Positions 25,498-38,935 of a DNA stretch of 64,000 nucleotides are shown piece after piece. This DNA comes from Gekko japonicus (Eukaryota). The translations under genes were made by a program, and so were the position numbers. The first letter of the stretch is position 1. Each line of letters starts with the position of its first letter. Below the pieces are notes generated by a model. That model was not told the origin of the DNA, did not search any database, and saw nothing but the letters and a program-made list of their open reading frames with translations. Location of the stretch: assembly GCF_001447785.1 (NCBI RefSeq), contig NW_015159760.1, positions 186,001 through 250,000 on the forward strand, written 5' to 3'.

Positions 25498-25978
25498 CAG
25501 CCCCGTAGCTAGGGATTTTAGGAGGAGGGGGCCTTGGGGGCCCCCACCAGCTAATTACATCAAAGGCTCCAGGGCAAAGGGGGTCTGCCTGGTATGCACC
25601 CACACAGCCCTCACTAGAGCCTTCCTCTGAGGTGAGCCAGAATCCCAATGTTAATACACACTAAAAGGTCTAGAAAAGCTGCCCTGTTTGTTTTTTTTAA
25701 TGAGAGTGGGGATCAAGCTCCTTCCCTGAGCCCACGAGCATGGAGCAGAAAATCCAACAGGAGGAGCTAACTGCTGCAATCCAACCAACGTGGGTGTGAC
25801 TCAGTCAACCACCGGTTGCTGCTGGGTCCTAAAGAGACTCAGCTGATTGCAGATGAGCTCAGATCTATCAGGGGGTTAGGGGGCCGGAGGGAGGGAGGGG
25901 AGCTGAGCATCGGGGGATGGGCTCACAAAAACAGCGGGAGGACCAGGCCCCGTGGGCCCCACATTAGCTACGGGCCTG
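25498..25978. mobile_element. hAT-type non-autonomous DNA transposon (481 bp)
   Basis: TIR CAG(C/G)CCCGTAGCTA; perfect 8-bp TSD ATTGTTTC at 25490-25497 and 25979-25986. Confidence 0.85.
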
Positions 25979-26397
25979 ATTGTTTCATGTGCTGGAATTA
26001 TCCCTTAATAACAAAGAAGGGTGCTTGCATGATTGACAAGACCTTGATCAAATTGGACTCATGAGGCACCTAATTACCTTCCTTTATAAACTGTTTACTG
26101 AAGTAATATTTTCCTAGCTCCTGCTATTAATTCATTCAGCTGTTACCTAGTGTTGTCAACACTTTGAAGTTAAATGAAATGGTGGCAGTGATCTCACAGT
26201 GGAAAACAAATTGCCCCTCTATATCTTTCTTTTCTTGGTTCGTTATATGATGAACACACTGCTGATCTGTGGGTGGAGGGGATGAATGAGAGATTAGATC
26301 TCTCCCAGCTCATGAATATCTGGTAGCAGAGTCAGACCATCATTGCAAGAAGAACACTTCATTATCAAATACAAGTAAGTAATCATTAGGTAGTAGA

Positions 26398-27125
26398 TTC
26401 ATAGAATGTTAGTGTTGGAAGGGACCTTGCAGGTCATCTAGTCCAACCCCCTGCACTCTGCAGGAGCATAGCTGAAAGATAGCCCTACATACCTACAACA
26501 TACCCAAAAGATGGTCATCCAGCCTCCGCTTGAAAACGTCCAGCGAAGGAGCCTCCACCACCTCCCGAGGTAGACTGTTCCACTGCTCAACCACTCTTAC
26601 AGTTAGGAAGTTTCTCCTGATATTTAGCCGGTAACGACTCCCTTGTAATTTCCACCCATTAGATCTAGTCTTGCAATTCGGAGCAAGAGAGAATAGATCT
26701 GCTCCATTTTCTGCATGACATCCCTTCAGGTACTTGAAGACTGCAATCGTGTCCCCTCTAAGCCTTCTCTTTCCCAGGCTAAACATACCCAACTCTTTCA
26801 GCCTTTCCTCATAAGACTTGGATTCCAACCCTCTCACCATCCTGGTTGCCCTCTTCTGGACACACTCGAGCTTGTCAACATCCTTCCTAAAATGTGATGC
26901 CCAAAACTGGACACAGTACTCCAGGTGAGGCCTGACCATAGCAGAATAGAGCGGAACTTACCACCTCCTTTGATCTGGACACAATGGTTCTGTTAATGCA
27001 TCCTAAGATTGCATTAGCTTTCTTTGCAGCCACATCGCACTGCAGGCTCATGTTTAGCTTGTGATCAACCAGAACACCTAGATCCCTTTTACATGTGCTG
27101 CTGTCAAGCTAAGTCCCTCTCATTC
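26398..27125 (-). mobile_element. CR1 LINE 3' part
   Basis: ORF 26493..26939 [12 protein letters not shown]...RRLRGD...WNSLP; ATTCTATG tail. Confidence 0.92.
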
Positions 27126-27934
27126 TATATCTATATCTAGTAGGTGTCTTCTGCACAAGGATACGATTTTATGGTTTCCTTGTTGCTGGTGTGGCTTCAA
27201 ATAAAGCGCAGCAGCACTGGGGCTTCCACATGGCAGGTTCTGCAGCAGTTTCCCTGCCCCGATCCCCCGGCAGTGGCCATGCCTCTCCCCTGGACCATCA
27301 GGGCTTTTGCAATCTTAAAAAAGGCACTAGAATACATTTATATCAATATACCTTTGTAACTATAGGTGTAGCAAGTTCTCTGAATTCCCACCTTTCATTT
27401 TAAAAGGTAAGTCTCAAGGCCTTTTGCCTGTGAAGATATATCTTTTTCCTGCAAGCGAAGAAGCTAGAGACTGACTTTTTTTTAATGTACCCATATTATT
27501 ACAGCACTATATACATATGATATTCTAGCAGAGATTTTATTTTTTTTAAAGCCCCATGGTGGTGGTGGTGGGGAGAAAACAGTTGTCACAAAGACAAGGT
27601 CAGGGAAAACAGCTGCCATGGAGGCTAGAAAATCTGAACTTGCCCACCCACACAGCATCCATCCAAGTTTTACTGTGATCTTCCACCAAATTTTGGAAGC
27701 AAAGCAGGTTTGAGAAAGGCTGGAGAAGATCTGAGGAAATACCTCAAGGTTCCTGAATGTACCACAATGCTGTGGGAAAACAGGGAAAACCCTGCTTCCC
27801 CAAAACACCAAACTCAGGGCAGATAAGTCTTGTGGAAGACCCTTACACAGAAATAACTATATATGGTTCGCTTTACACCCACAATAGGAAAACCATGGCA
27901 AGGGAGGAAAAGATGGGACACACATACATATCAT

Positions 27935-28136
27935 TGTCAATTCTGACTTGGAAAATTCCTGGAAATTTGGGGGTGGAGCCTGGGGTTTGAGGAGGGGAGG
28001 GGCCTCTCAGTGAGGTGTAATGCCATAGAGTCCACTCTCCAAAACTTCCATTTTCTCCAGGGGAACTAATTTGTTGTCTGAAGATTAGCTGCAATTCCAA
28101 GAGATCTCCAGGCCCCACCTGGAGGTTGGCAAACCC
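27935..28136 (-). mobile_element. TAGGGTTGCCA-family MITE
   Basis: Family copy. Confidence 0.72.
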
Positions 28137-29790
28137 ACACATATGGTAGGTTACAAACAGATCACAACTTGATTGCTAAAGATTGTATTGCATTTGGCTT
28201 AAAGTGGGCAGGTGATCTTGATTTAAGATAATTGCTGACAGGATTTGGGCCAAACGTATGCTGTTAATCTGTAAAAGGCAGAGGCTAAAGACAGCGGGTG
28301 ATTTGAATAACTCATACTGACCCCATGACTGCCAGCATGGGATGCAACCAACAGCCAGCAAAGTGTTTGTCACTCATGCTTCCTGTTTGGAAGGGCATCT
28401 CATTTCCCCCCTCCCCACTATTTCCGCTGTCCCTTCCAGAAAGCCCCCATGGCCCCTCCCCTTTTCCTGCATCCTTCTCTCCTTCCCATCCACATGCCAG
28501 CCTACCTTTATCTTCTCCCTTGTCTTCAGCTTTCTGTTCTTCCTTTCCCCTGGCAGCTTCTCCCTGGGAAAACTCTGGCCAGTTGTGTGGTGCTAGTTGC
28601 TTGGCCAAGCCCAGCCGTTCAGTGCTGGCTGAGATGGGTGAGCCTAGTTACATAGCTCCAGCCGGGCCAGACGGGGTCCAGTTGCACAGTGAGAACCTGC
28701 AAGGACTTGTGAGAGCACCTCACTTTACACTGTATGTCCCTCTCCAAACGATTTCCTCTTTCTCTCCTGGCAGCTCCCACATCTCCAAGTTTCACTGCTT
28801 CCTATTTTGCTTCCCACCTACTAACCAACCTAACTTTTATCTGCCCCCATCTTTAACTATATTATTTATTTATTTTATTTACACCCTGACTTCTTCCACA
28901 ATGGGACACAAAGGAGCTTACACCATTATCTCTCCTCCGTTTAATCACCACAACAACCCTGTGAGGTAGGATAGGCTGAGACTGTGTAACTGGCCCAAAG
29001 TCATGCAGCAAGATTCCATGGTAAAGCGGGGATTCGAACTTGGATCTTCCAAATCCTAACCTGAAACTCTAGCCACTACACAACACTAGCAGTTGTGAGG
29101 TGGCTCCTATTAAACATTAGCAAGCAACAGGGCCTGGGTGAGTCACGCAAGTCATGTGGTATCAAGTTGCTTGGTGGTTGTGGCCATGCTTGGCCACAGT
29201 GTCCTCCCCTCGAAGGCTAAGACAGTTCTGGAATGGGCCTCTTCCCCTCACCCTGCCATTTATTGACAGAAACCAAGGCTTAAAGTCTGCCAGTACTGTT
29301 ATGGTTGCCTAACAACAGTCACTGAGGGCATTTGTTTCTCAGGTTTGTCAAAAGATCTATCTTGTCTGTCCATAGCTCCTAGCACCAGATTTAAGAATCC
29401 ACAGATGGGGTCATGTTCCTAATTAGATATATTGATGATGTATGAATCAGCCGCTATACATGCATGCCTTGGTTTCTTCTTTTCTATAGTTCCTGTTAGC
29501 TTGGTCACTGTGGTTCTGTGAAGTACTCATACAAGACGGTGTTGTATATACAGTAAATATAAAGTAGCAAATATCTGTACTACAGACCGTGCATGTATTT
29601 AGTAGAAACCAGAGTTGAAGAGTGAGATGAAGAAACCTATCTTTTGTGACAGGAACAGCTGAATGCAAAAATAATACATAGTACATTATTCCGCAGAATG
29701 CAATCACAAACGGTTTCTCCTAAGCCTTTCCCGTTTAAGCTAATAGGAATGGTTAACTTAATAAATATGCCTTGGACTTGGTTTCCTAGT

Positions 29791-30295
29791 AAAAGGTAAA
29801 GGTAAGGGTTCCCTTGCTTGAAAGCCAGTAGAATCTGACTCTAGGGTTGCGGTGCTCATCTCCGTTTCAAAGCTGAAGAGCCAGCGCTGTCCGAAGACGT
29901 TTCCGTGGTCATGTGGCCGGCATGACTAAACACCAAGGCGCATGGAACGCTGTTACCTTCCCACTGAAGTGGTACCTATTTTGTTGTTGTTGTTGTTCAG
30001 TCGCACAGTCGAGTCTGACTCTTCGCGACTCCATGGACCAGATCACGCCAGGCCTTCCTGTCTTCCGCCGTCCTCTGAAGTTGGCTCAACTTCATGTTTG
30101 TTGCATCTATGACACTGTCTAACCATCTCATCTTTTTATCTACTTGCAATTTCTTGCTTTCGAACTGCTAGGTTGGCAGGAGCTGGAACTAGAGACGGGG
30201 GCTCACTCCGCCATGCGGCACCCGGGTCTTGAACTGCTGAACTACCGACCTTCCATAGCCTGCAATTCAGCGTCTTAACCACTTGAGCCACCGCA
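29791..30295 (-). mobile_element. Sauria SINE with a nested BovB 3' fragment (~29981-30134)
   Basis: (ACCTTT)n tail; body colinear with the intact copy at 48203-48556; insert matches the BovB 3' end. Confidence 0.88.
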
Positions 30296-30805
30296 GTAGT
30301 TTCCTAGTAGATGATGCTTATTTCATAAACAAATGGCTGAAAAGGGCAAGATGAGCTGATGGGCTACATTATCTGGCTAGAACAAACCACCTTCTTTGGC
30401 ATCTTTAGAAAACATGATGGCCTTACACTATATCTAACCATTGGTCCACCTTAGTCAGTATTGACCACTCTGACTAGCAGAAGGTCTCCAGGATCCCAGG
30501 CAGAGAATGGTCTTTTCCAACATGTTACCCAAGATTCAGCAACTGGAGATACCAGGGATTGAACCTGGAACCTTCTGCCAGCAAAGCAGATGCTGTAATA
30601 ACAGATCCAGATCCTGCTTCTGTTTTTTCCTTTGACTTTACTGAATGTTTCTGACACCCAGTGTCCATGTTCCCAAAAGAGGATTTTCAGGGAAAAGCAG
30701 AGGTGGCATAATTAAAATAAGAAATTTCAAAGAAATTGCAGGTTAAAATTTTATGCAAATATTAGGTGGGGTTTCTTTATCCCTTTTGACTTCTTCCTGT
30801 AGCTT

Positions 30806-32666
30806 TGTTGTCGTCGTTCAGTTGCACAGTTGAGTCCGACTCTTCACAACCTCATGGACCACATCACGCCAGGCCCTCCTGTCTTCCGTCATGCTTTGAA
30901 GTTTGCTTAATTTCATGTTCGTTGCATTGATAACACTATCTAGCCATCTCATCCTTTGCTGTCCCCTTCTTCTTTGACCTTCAATCTTTCCCAGCATCAG
31001 GGTCTTCTCCAGTGAATGCTCCCTTCTCATTTGGTGGCCAAAGTATTTGAGCTTCAGCTTCTGTATCTGGCCTTCCAGGGAACAGTGAGGGTTGATGTCT
31101 TTTAGGATTGACTAATTTGATGTCCTTGCAGTCCAAGGGACTCTCAAGAGTCTTGTCCAGCACCATAATTCAAAAGAATCTATTCTTTGGCGCTCGGCCT
31201 TCCTTATAGTCCAACTCTCACAGCCATACATTACTACTGGGAATACCATTGGTTTGACCATATGGACTTTTGTTGGCAGGGTGATGTCTCTACTTTTTAT
31301 CATGCTGTTTAGGTTCACCATCGCTTTCCTCCCAAGGAGCAGGCGTCTTTTAATTTCATGGCTGCAGTCACCATCTGCAGTGATCTTGGATCCCAGGAAC
31401 GTGAAGTCTGTCACTACTTCCACGACTTCCCCTTCTATTTGCCAATAAATAAAATAAACAAGTCAAAAACTACCTACAAACCATATATAAGCCACACTGA
31501 AGCAAAATCAGTAATCATTAAATAAGCTGACCAATTTGATACAGAACCTACTCAGAAACCAGCTGGTGTAAATTCCTGGAATTTGTCAATTCGAAGTGCA
31601 AATCATTTGGCTCAGGGCTCAGTCCTAGTGTGTTTAGTTCATTTGGGTTCTTCAAAGTTTTGTCAGTTTCCCAGAAACTATTCTTTGATTTGGCTAGGTT
31701 AAAACTGAGGGTCAGGCCACCCACAAAAAAGTCCCATTAGAAAATAAGTTTATCAACTTCATTTATGTAATAAAAAGGTGAATCTCTATCTGGGTTAAGG
31801 GGGAAGAAGGGAATGCTAACAATGCTCTTAACATTTGGCTGCTACTGTGCCTTTCTTTCTTTCTTTTTTAAGTACATCAACTATAAGCCATCCCCTGCAT
31901 AAAATAATGCTAACTGGGAGTTGCTAGCCAACACTAACTCATCTTTCTCTTTCTGATGCTATGAAAATGCAGAATGCAGACATTCCCCCATTTCTGAGCA
32001 GCTCAGCTGGGATACCATCACCTCCACTAGCTTTGTTGTTAGTAGTGCTTTCTAAGGCCCATTTGACTTTGGATTCCAGGATGTCTGGCTTGAGGTCAGT
32101 GATTACACCATCATGGTTGTCAAGGACATTGATGTCCTTTTTGTACAGTTCTTCTGTGTATTCTTGCCATCTTTTCCTAATCTGCTTCTGTTAGGTCCCT
32201 ACCTTTTTGTCCTAGATCATGGCCAGCTTTGCATGGAACGTTCCCTTGATTTATCCAAGTTTCTTGAAGAGATCTCTAGTCCCTCCCATTCTATTGTTTT
32301 CCTCTATTACTTTGCATTGTTCATTCAGGAAAGCCTCCTTATCTCTCCTTGCTGTTCTCTGGAAATCTGCATTCAGTTGGGTAAATCTTTCCTTTTCACC
32401 TTTGCCTTTCGCTTTCCTTCTTTCCTCTGCTATTTGTAAAGCCTTATCAGACAGCCACTTTGCTTTCTTGCATTTCTTTTTCTTTGGGATGGTGGTGATT
32501 GCTGCCTCCTGTACAATGTCACCAACCTCCATCCATAGTTCTTCAGGCACTCTATCAAATCTAGTCCCTTAAACCTATTCTTCACCTTCACTGTATATTC
32601 ATCAGGGATGTGATCTAGGTCAAACCTGAATGGCCAAGTGGTTTTCCCAGCTTTCTTCAGTTTAAG
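30806..32666 (-). mobile_element. BovB (RTE) LINE, 5'-truncated, with an internal foreign segment
   Basis: ORFs EELWMEVGDIVQE...KKAKWLS and TFLGSKITADGDCSHEIKRRLLLGRKAM...MYGCESWT; (CAA)n-like tail; 11-bp TSD TCCTGTAGCTT. Confidence 0.92.
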
Positions 32667-33321
32667 TCCTGTAGCTTAGCTTATTACTAAACTGTATTAC
32701 CAGTACTATAGAACACCTAGCAATAAGGAAAGTTAATTCTGCTGCAAAAAATCAGTGGAGCTTGTAAATAAATCTGTTTGGAGTCAAGGGTAGATAGGAT
32801 CTGTTTCCTCATAAATATTACTAATTAGGAGCAGAGCTAGAGTCCCATTTTAATAAGCAAATATGAGTAATCTCTTCAGCAATGGCTCTGACAAGTTCTT
32901 GATGCAGCCCTTGATTTACTTATTTTACCCTATGGAATTCTTGTTATGGCTGCTGAATAGTGGACAGGCAGAACATTTGTGCTGACTCCTAAAAAACTCG
33001 TACTTCCAGTACCAATGGCTTAAACTAAAAATGGCAGTTATGTGACTGTTTTTAAAGAGACAGTAGGGCATTGTACCAGCTTTAATTCATAGTCATTTTT
33101 TATTATGACAATATTGCTTGAAATCCAGAACTACCCTCATACCTTAGCTTTAGGCCATTCGGGCTTCAGGAATGTGTGGGAGAAGCTTTCTGAAATAAAT
33201 GCTTAGGTAGGGCAACCAGAAAGGAGGTTTCCTGAAGGGTAATGGAAGGGTGGTAATGGTTTTCTGTATTTCTACAGTCTACCTCATGACTGCACCTTGG
33301 GAATGAGTGCATAGCAGCCGG

Positions 33322-33510
33322 TAGGGTTGCCAACTCCAGGTTGGGAAACCCCTGGAGATTCGGGGATGGATCCTGGGGAGGACAAGGGACCACACTGGGG
33401 AACAATGTAATTGGAGTTCACCCTCAAAAGCATCCACTTTCTCCAGGGGGACTTATCTCTGTAGTCTGGAGATGAGCTGTAATTCTAAGGGATCCCCAGC
33501 TTCAGCCTGT
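33322..33510 (-). mobile_element. TAGGGTTGCCA-family MITE
   Basis: Family copy. Confidence 0.72.
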
Positions 33511-34736
33511 AATGGATCACTTCTACCAAGCCTTTCAGGCAATCCCTCTCCATCCATCCAGTAAGAGTTACTGAGAACAAAGCAACATAATAATTATAGG
33601 CCCTTAGTTACACAACAAAAATACAGAATTAAAAAACTCAAAAGGTATATTAGGTTGCCATCCCACAGGACCGAAGAGTAAAAAACTGTTCTTGGGATAC
33701 ATAAGGACTGGGATATGTTTTCATCAGAAGGAACACAATAGGCATGCTGCCCCATCATCTCTCATGATGTCATCATATAATTTAACATGTTCATTTTTCA
33801 GGGCTGTGGGCTGGACCCAACTAGCCTTTCTGCTGGTGAAAAAGCACATATGGAGTCATCTTTGACCATCAAAAAAGCTATACTGGGGCTTATGGGACAT
33901 GTATGGACAAAAGCCATGGGGGACAGGTGCTGTAGTAAGGGGGGAGGGAATTAGTTGAGATTGAGTGAACACGCTAACTAGATCCAACCCTGTAGGTTTA
34001 TTATTCTCACAGTACAATCCTAAACAAAGCTACGCCCTTCTAAGCCCACTGGAATCCATTGGTTTAGATGGGTGTAACACCGATTAGGACTGCATGGTTA
34101 GTTTCTAAGCCTTATCAAACAACTGAGACATAAAAATTCACTTTCCCCCCACTGAATTGTCAGCTTCTTTACTGGACATGAAAAGATCAGCAGCACAGTT
34201 CTGAGAAGGTTAGGTCCCTGCAGGACCAGTTTATTACCTGTTACATGACACTGGAAACAAAATCAGACATTTGGTTATAGGGTTTCAACTGAATTAAGTT
34301 TTAGCTGCATCCAATTCCAATTTTTCATTCTTTCAAAAAAAGAGAACAAAATAAAAATCTGAAATCTGGAATTTAGTGACACAATGTACATCTTTTCCCA
34401 AAAAATTCAGATAAATATGAACATAAAATTGTGGATACTCAAGGCACTTTTGGCATCTGTATTCAGTAGCCATTCAAAATTCATTGTAAAAATGAATTTT
34501 TACAAAAAGCATCAGTTCCTTTTTCATACAATTTCCTAGAGGTTGGCAAACTTTAGTTTTCACACAAATAGTTTTTGTAACATTTCTGATGTAATTATTT
34601 TTCTTCTACACAAACATCATATGAATGGAAACCCCTGGCCAAAGTAGATGCAGTTGGTTTTGTTGATCATTAATCCCAGCTTTGTAAGAACTAGATGTAT
34701 CAGTTACATATTTAGAAGGACAAAGCAGGCAATCCT

Positions 34737-34742
34737 TTTATT
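34737..34742 (-). terminator. BCAP29: Candidate BCAP29 polyadenylation signal (AATAAA), about 850-nt AU-rich 3'UTR
   Basis: tttatt on + strand; U/GU-rich sequence about 20 nt further downstream on the minus strand. Confidence 0.5.
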
Positions 34743-35583
34743 AACAATTCAATAGAATAAAAACTGGAACCAACACACACACACAAAGTTAAGCTTTCAA
34801 CTGCAAGTAATGAAGATTTTGGGGGGGACACCTAGTATGAGGTACTACATAATTGGCTTCCACAAAATAGCAATTTGTAAGTTAAAGATTTTTCAGAAGT
34901 ACAATCCACAGAAGAATATATGATGGCACATAATGTACACAAGTTCGTGTGTGTGTATAAACTACATAATATATTGTGGATTGAAATAAACATTATAGAC
35001 TGGGAGAGAAAAATACAAACCATGCAGTGACATGACTTTTAAAGCATACTGAACTATGTAATGAAATGCAAAGTGTGTTCAAGTCTATTGTGATGCTTTT
35101 TACTGATTGCCACACAGAGATAAAATTCATATGCTTGTTTTCCTAATAACCAATGTAATGGCATTTTAATGACATGGTGGACTAACACACCACCATTTCA
35201 TAGCTTGATATAACTTAGATATCTTCTTGCACATTAAAAGCAATAGGTGATAGTATGACATCCCCTGACTTTGTTTCAGTGAAAAATATGAAAAGAAACT
35301 GCCTCTTCAAATGGAAATTTCCACTATAAAATATCTTCCAGGCAAGATTACAAAAAGATACTTTTACAGGATGTTTCTGCTAGACAACTTACTATTTACA
35401 TTGCAACACAGAATATATTTGGCAACCTATACTATAGAGCTCATCTGTAAAAGCAGTACATTTTTCTCTAAAAAATAAGCCTTGTTTTATATTGCAGTAG
35501 CATGTAAGGAAAGAACCAGAGAAAATGTATGCTTATGCCAAAAGATGCATGACCCCCCCCCCCCCAATGTCTTCCTTCTGTAG

Positions 35584-35622
35584 CTACAGGGCTTTCTTAT
35601 CATGTTTTTCACCTGAATGGTC
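35584..35622 (-). CDS. BCAP29: BCAP29 exon 8 coding part (DHSGEKHDKKAL*)
   Basis: Polypyrimidine tract + cag|, in-frame, C-terminal KKXX motif, TAG. Confidence 0.88.
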   Translation of the reverse strand, partial: DHSGEKHDKKAL

Positions 35623-38600
35623 CTGTAAAGATGAAGAGAGACAGGCATGTGAGAAGAAAATCAGCAAAGCTAGTTCTGAAGTATTTTGACTCTGACCATA
35701 GTTTTAATGTCTACAAAAATGCCAGGAGAACAACAATGGATGCATATCCTGGAGAAATTGTTAAGAAAAAGTCATCCATCTAATACCCCCTTTAAATGCT
35801 ATAAAGTCAGAGTCTTGGTCTTTAAATATTGTGATGGAACTATATTATGGGACCTTCTGAACAAATAAGGATATCATCATATCTAGTTCTGAACTAGGCT
35901 ACGGAGTGTGGAAATCCCCAAGTTTGCAGAGAAATACGAAATATAAAACACACACACACACACACAGAACATTGGAAGTTAGAAAAACCCAAAAATCACA
36001 GAAGCAATGTCTACTTCTTTAAGGAAAGTATGTCACTGAGATCTCGTGAAAGTACACTGTGGGATGTCAGTGGCCATTTTGGGGGTTGCTAGGCAAGCCC
36101 AAACCACCCATGATTCCAAGCTTCAGTCAGTGTCAGTGTGGGGAAGGGGAAGGAGAGAGATGGAAGAAGTAAAAGATCAGAGGGTGGGAAAGAGACGCTG
36201 GTGGGGGGGAGGAGCAGTATTGGGAACAAGGGAAAACAATATGGGGGAGGGGAACAGAAAATGTAGGCAGGTGGGAAGGAGAGAAGGAAAAGGCAGTAGC
36301 TACAGGGACTGTCAGAGGATGCAAAGAAGAAGAAAAGGCAAGAAGGCAGCGAGGGAGTGAGGATGTGAGATATCCCCTCCCACCATGAGTCCTCAAAGAC
36401 ACTTGATATGGCTAAGTGGCATCAGAAATATTTCAGCAGACAAGCAGTCAAACCTCCAGGCAACAACTATAAGATCCAAAAGGAAACAAGAGGTTCCAGC
36501 TGGGCCAATAAAGGAAGGCTACGATTTTAGCCTCATACAGGAAGTTTGAGGGAGGATTTCTTTCCTTCACAGCCCCCATGTTTCTCATGAACTAGGTGCA
36601 TAAGAAACTGACTTCACTAGCTGAAACACCCACATCTTACATTTCAGCATCTGACTCTTGCTTTTGTTGGGGAAGGGGGCTCAAGAACTTGCACAGCTAT
36701 CAAATGTACCTTCATTATTTATCAAAGAGAAGCTTAACCTACCTACATGCCAAAGAGACCAGGCTCCTACACTCCTACAGAAAAGGGAATTTCAGCAACT
36801 GCAGTTTCTCTGATTTTCTCATGACAAGCTGCACCGGCCAAAATCCGTTCCTGTCCCAAAGCTACTGGCTAGTGGTTAAGTTAATGTCTCTCCTTTACAT
36901 TCCCCCCATAATATTTCTAAAGACAACTTCAAAATGCAAGGTGAAAACAGACACATAAAATACTATGTAACAAACACCTAAAGCACCAACAAATACAATA
37001 TTACTAATTCCTGTTACAGGCCATAAGGATGCCTGCACAACCAAGGTCAGTACTTGTATCTGTGTGTGCAGATACTTTAATCTATGGGGGTAGGTTGTGA
37101 AAAGAGTACCCAAGTCTTCCAAGGAATGCTACTGCTTTCCCTTAATATTCTTTGAACTCACTGTATGAAGAAATCTAGCAGCAATCTGTTTGAAACAACA
37201 CTCTGAGGAATTCACTTCTTGTAACTTCCATGTATTATCCATGCTTAATATAAAATCATTCCTACAGTTTCAGCCAAGAAGCACTGTTTCAAAAGATTTC
37301 AAAGCCCGATTTGCTGGCAGTTGCTAGAAAAAGCCAATGTATTTAGACTAACACTTTTGAAGTCTGCAGTGCTTCTCCATTACTAAGCACTGTTCAATCA
37401 ATAAAGTGAAAATAAATTTGAAAAAAGCTATTCATCACGCACAATAGTAAAAAAGATAACATTTATCAGCCGATTGATCTTGTCAGAATTAACTCTGAAA
37501 CGAAAGCCTGACCATGAATTCTGAACTCCTCTCTCACCTGACAGAACACCACTGACTCAACCAAACCGAACTAGCTATGTTTCCAAATACTTTAGAAAAA
37601 GAAAGGACAGCATAAAGACAAAGGACAGTGACTGAACCAGCCATACTGTGAGGCAGGGTGAAGCGCCCATCTCAGAAAGGAAGCTAGGTGTATTACAAGT
37701 GGGGACCCTCGGTACTGGTGGTGGTGGGGAATCCCTTTCGCCCAGCACAACTCCCAACCACCACCACCACCACCACCACAATTGCTACTCCCTCATTGCC
37801 AGGTCAGCAGGGTGGTGGTGAGGACTGCCCACCTGGCTCTCTGGTTGGTAGCTCAGCAAGGCAGAAGAGCAAGGATTCCTATGTGCCCCCCCACCCCCAA
37901 CTCCTTTGTTGCTGGCTGAGCAGGGAGGCAGCGAACCCTCTTTGACACCCCCCCCAACTCCCTGGCTACTGCTTTAGGAGGCGAGATTGCTGGCTCTGAC
38001 TGCTGAGCCCCCCGACTCCTTCATTGCTGGCTTGGGTGGTGGTGGCAAAGACACCTGTACCCCCTCCCAACTCCCTCATTGCCAGCTCAGCAGGTTGACA
38101 GACGGGCTTGCATCTGATCCCCCCCTCCCACTCCCAGGTTCAGTGTGTGTGTGGGGGGGAGACAAAGGCTTCTTCTCTCCAGTCACCATTGGTGAACCCC
38201 ACTGAGGCTCCCTCTCCCAGCCCTGAGGCTTTCTGCTACCACTTGATACAGGAGGAAGACATAGGTGTGTTGCACAGACAACATCAGTCACCATTTTATT
38301 TTGGGGGGAATTTAAAGCCCAAGATATATATTTCTTTTTTTAAGATTTCAGATTTTTCTGTTCAGCGTCAGTGTGGTCCTGATGCATGGATTTAGATACC
38401 CGCAGATGGGGGCCACGGTTCACTATTAGGGATACAAAGTTAAAGGACATAATCAATTGTTTACTATTACATTTTTATCATAATGGCTGAAGGCCCTATG
38501 TGGATTTTCTGTCTCACATCCTGAAATTTCTTATGCCATCTCTGGTCATTAAGGTCGAACAAGTAAATCAATACTTGCATCGGAAGATGAAGATTCTCTA

Positions 38601-38834
38601 GTACTGTTACACAGCCCCAGCAGCAACTATGATTCTTCTGAAACCCCAAATAGGAGTGGTTTGTGATCTTCCACACAAAGTTTTATATTGTTTTACAGTG
38701 CACTCAAGCCAAAAATCTCTCTAAAGGTTTTAGAAGAACATGCACTCAAAATGGATATAAAACCAGACAACCCTGCTAGTCTTCTCAAGTTCAGGAAGTT
38801 CTGCTCAAGCAAATCAGCTGCCTCTGCCACCTAC

Positions 38835-38935
38835 CTTTAATTTTGTATGTTCTCGTATAAGATGGTCATATTCTTTTTTAAGGCTTTCAGCCCTATTCTT
38901 AACTGCAGTCACTTCATCTGTCTTCTTGCCAAGAA
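38835..38935 (-). CDS. BCAP29: BCAP29 exon 7 (VLGKKTDEVTAVKNRAESLKKEYDHLIREHTKLK)
   Basis: cag|...|gtaggt, 101 nt; EYD.L motif. Confidence 0.94.

Noticed and set aside
28312-28969. 214-aa Pro/Ser-rich ORF
   Set aside because: Low-complexity pyrimidine-rich DNA running into a SINE; no coding signature
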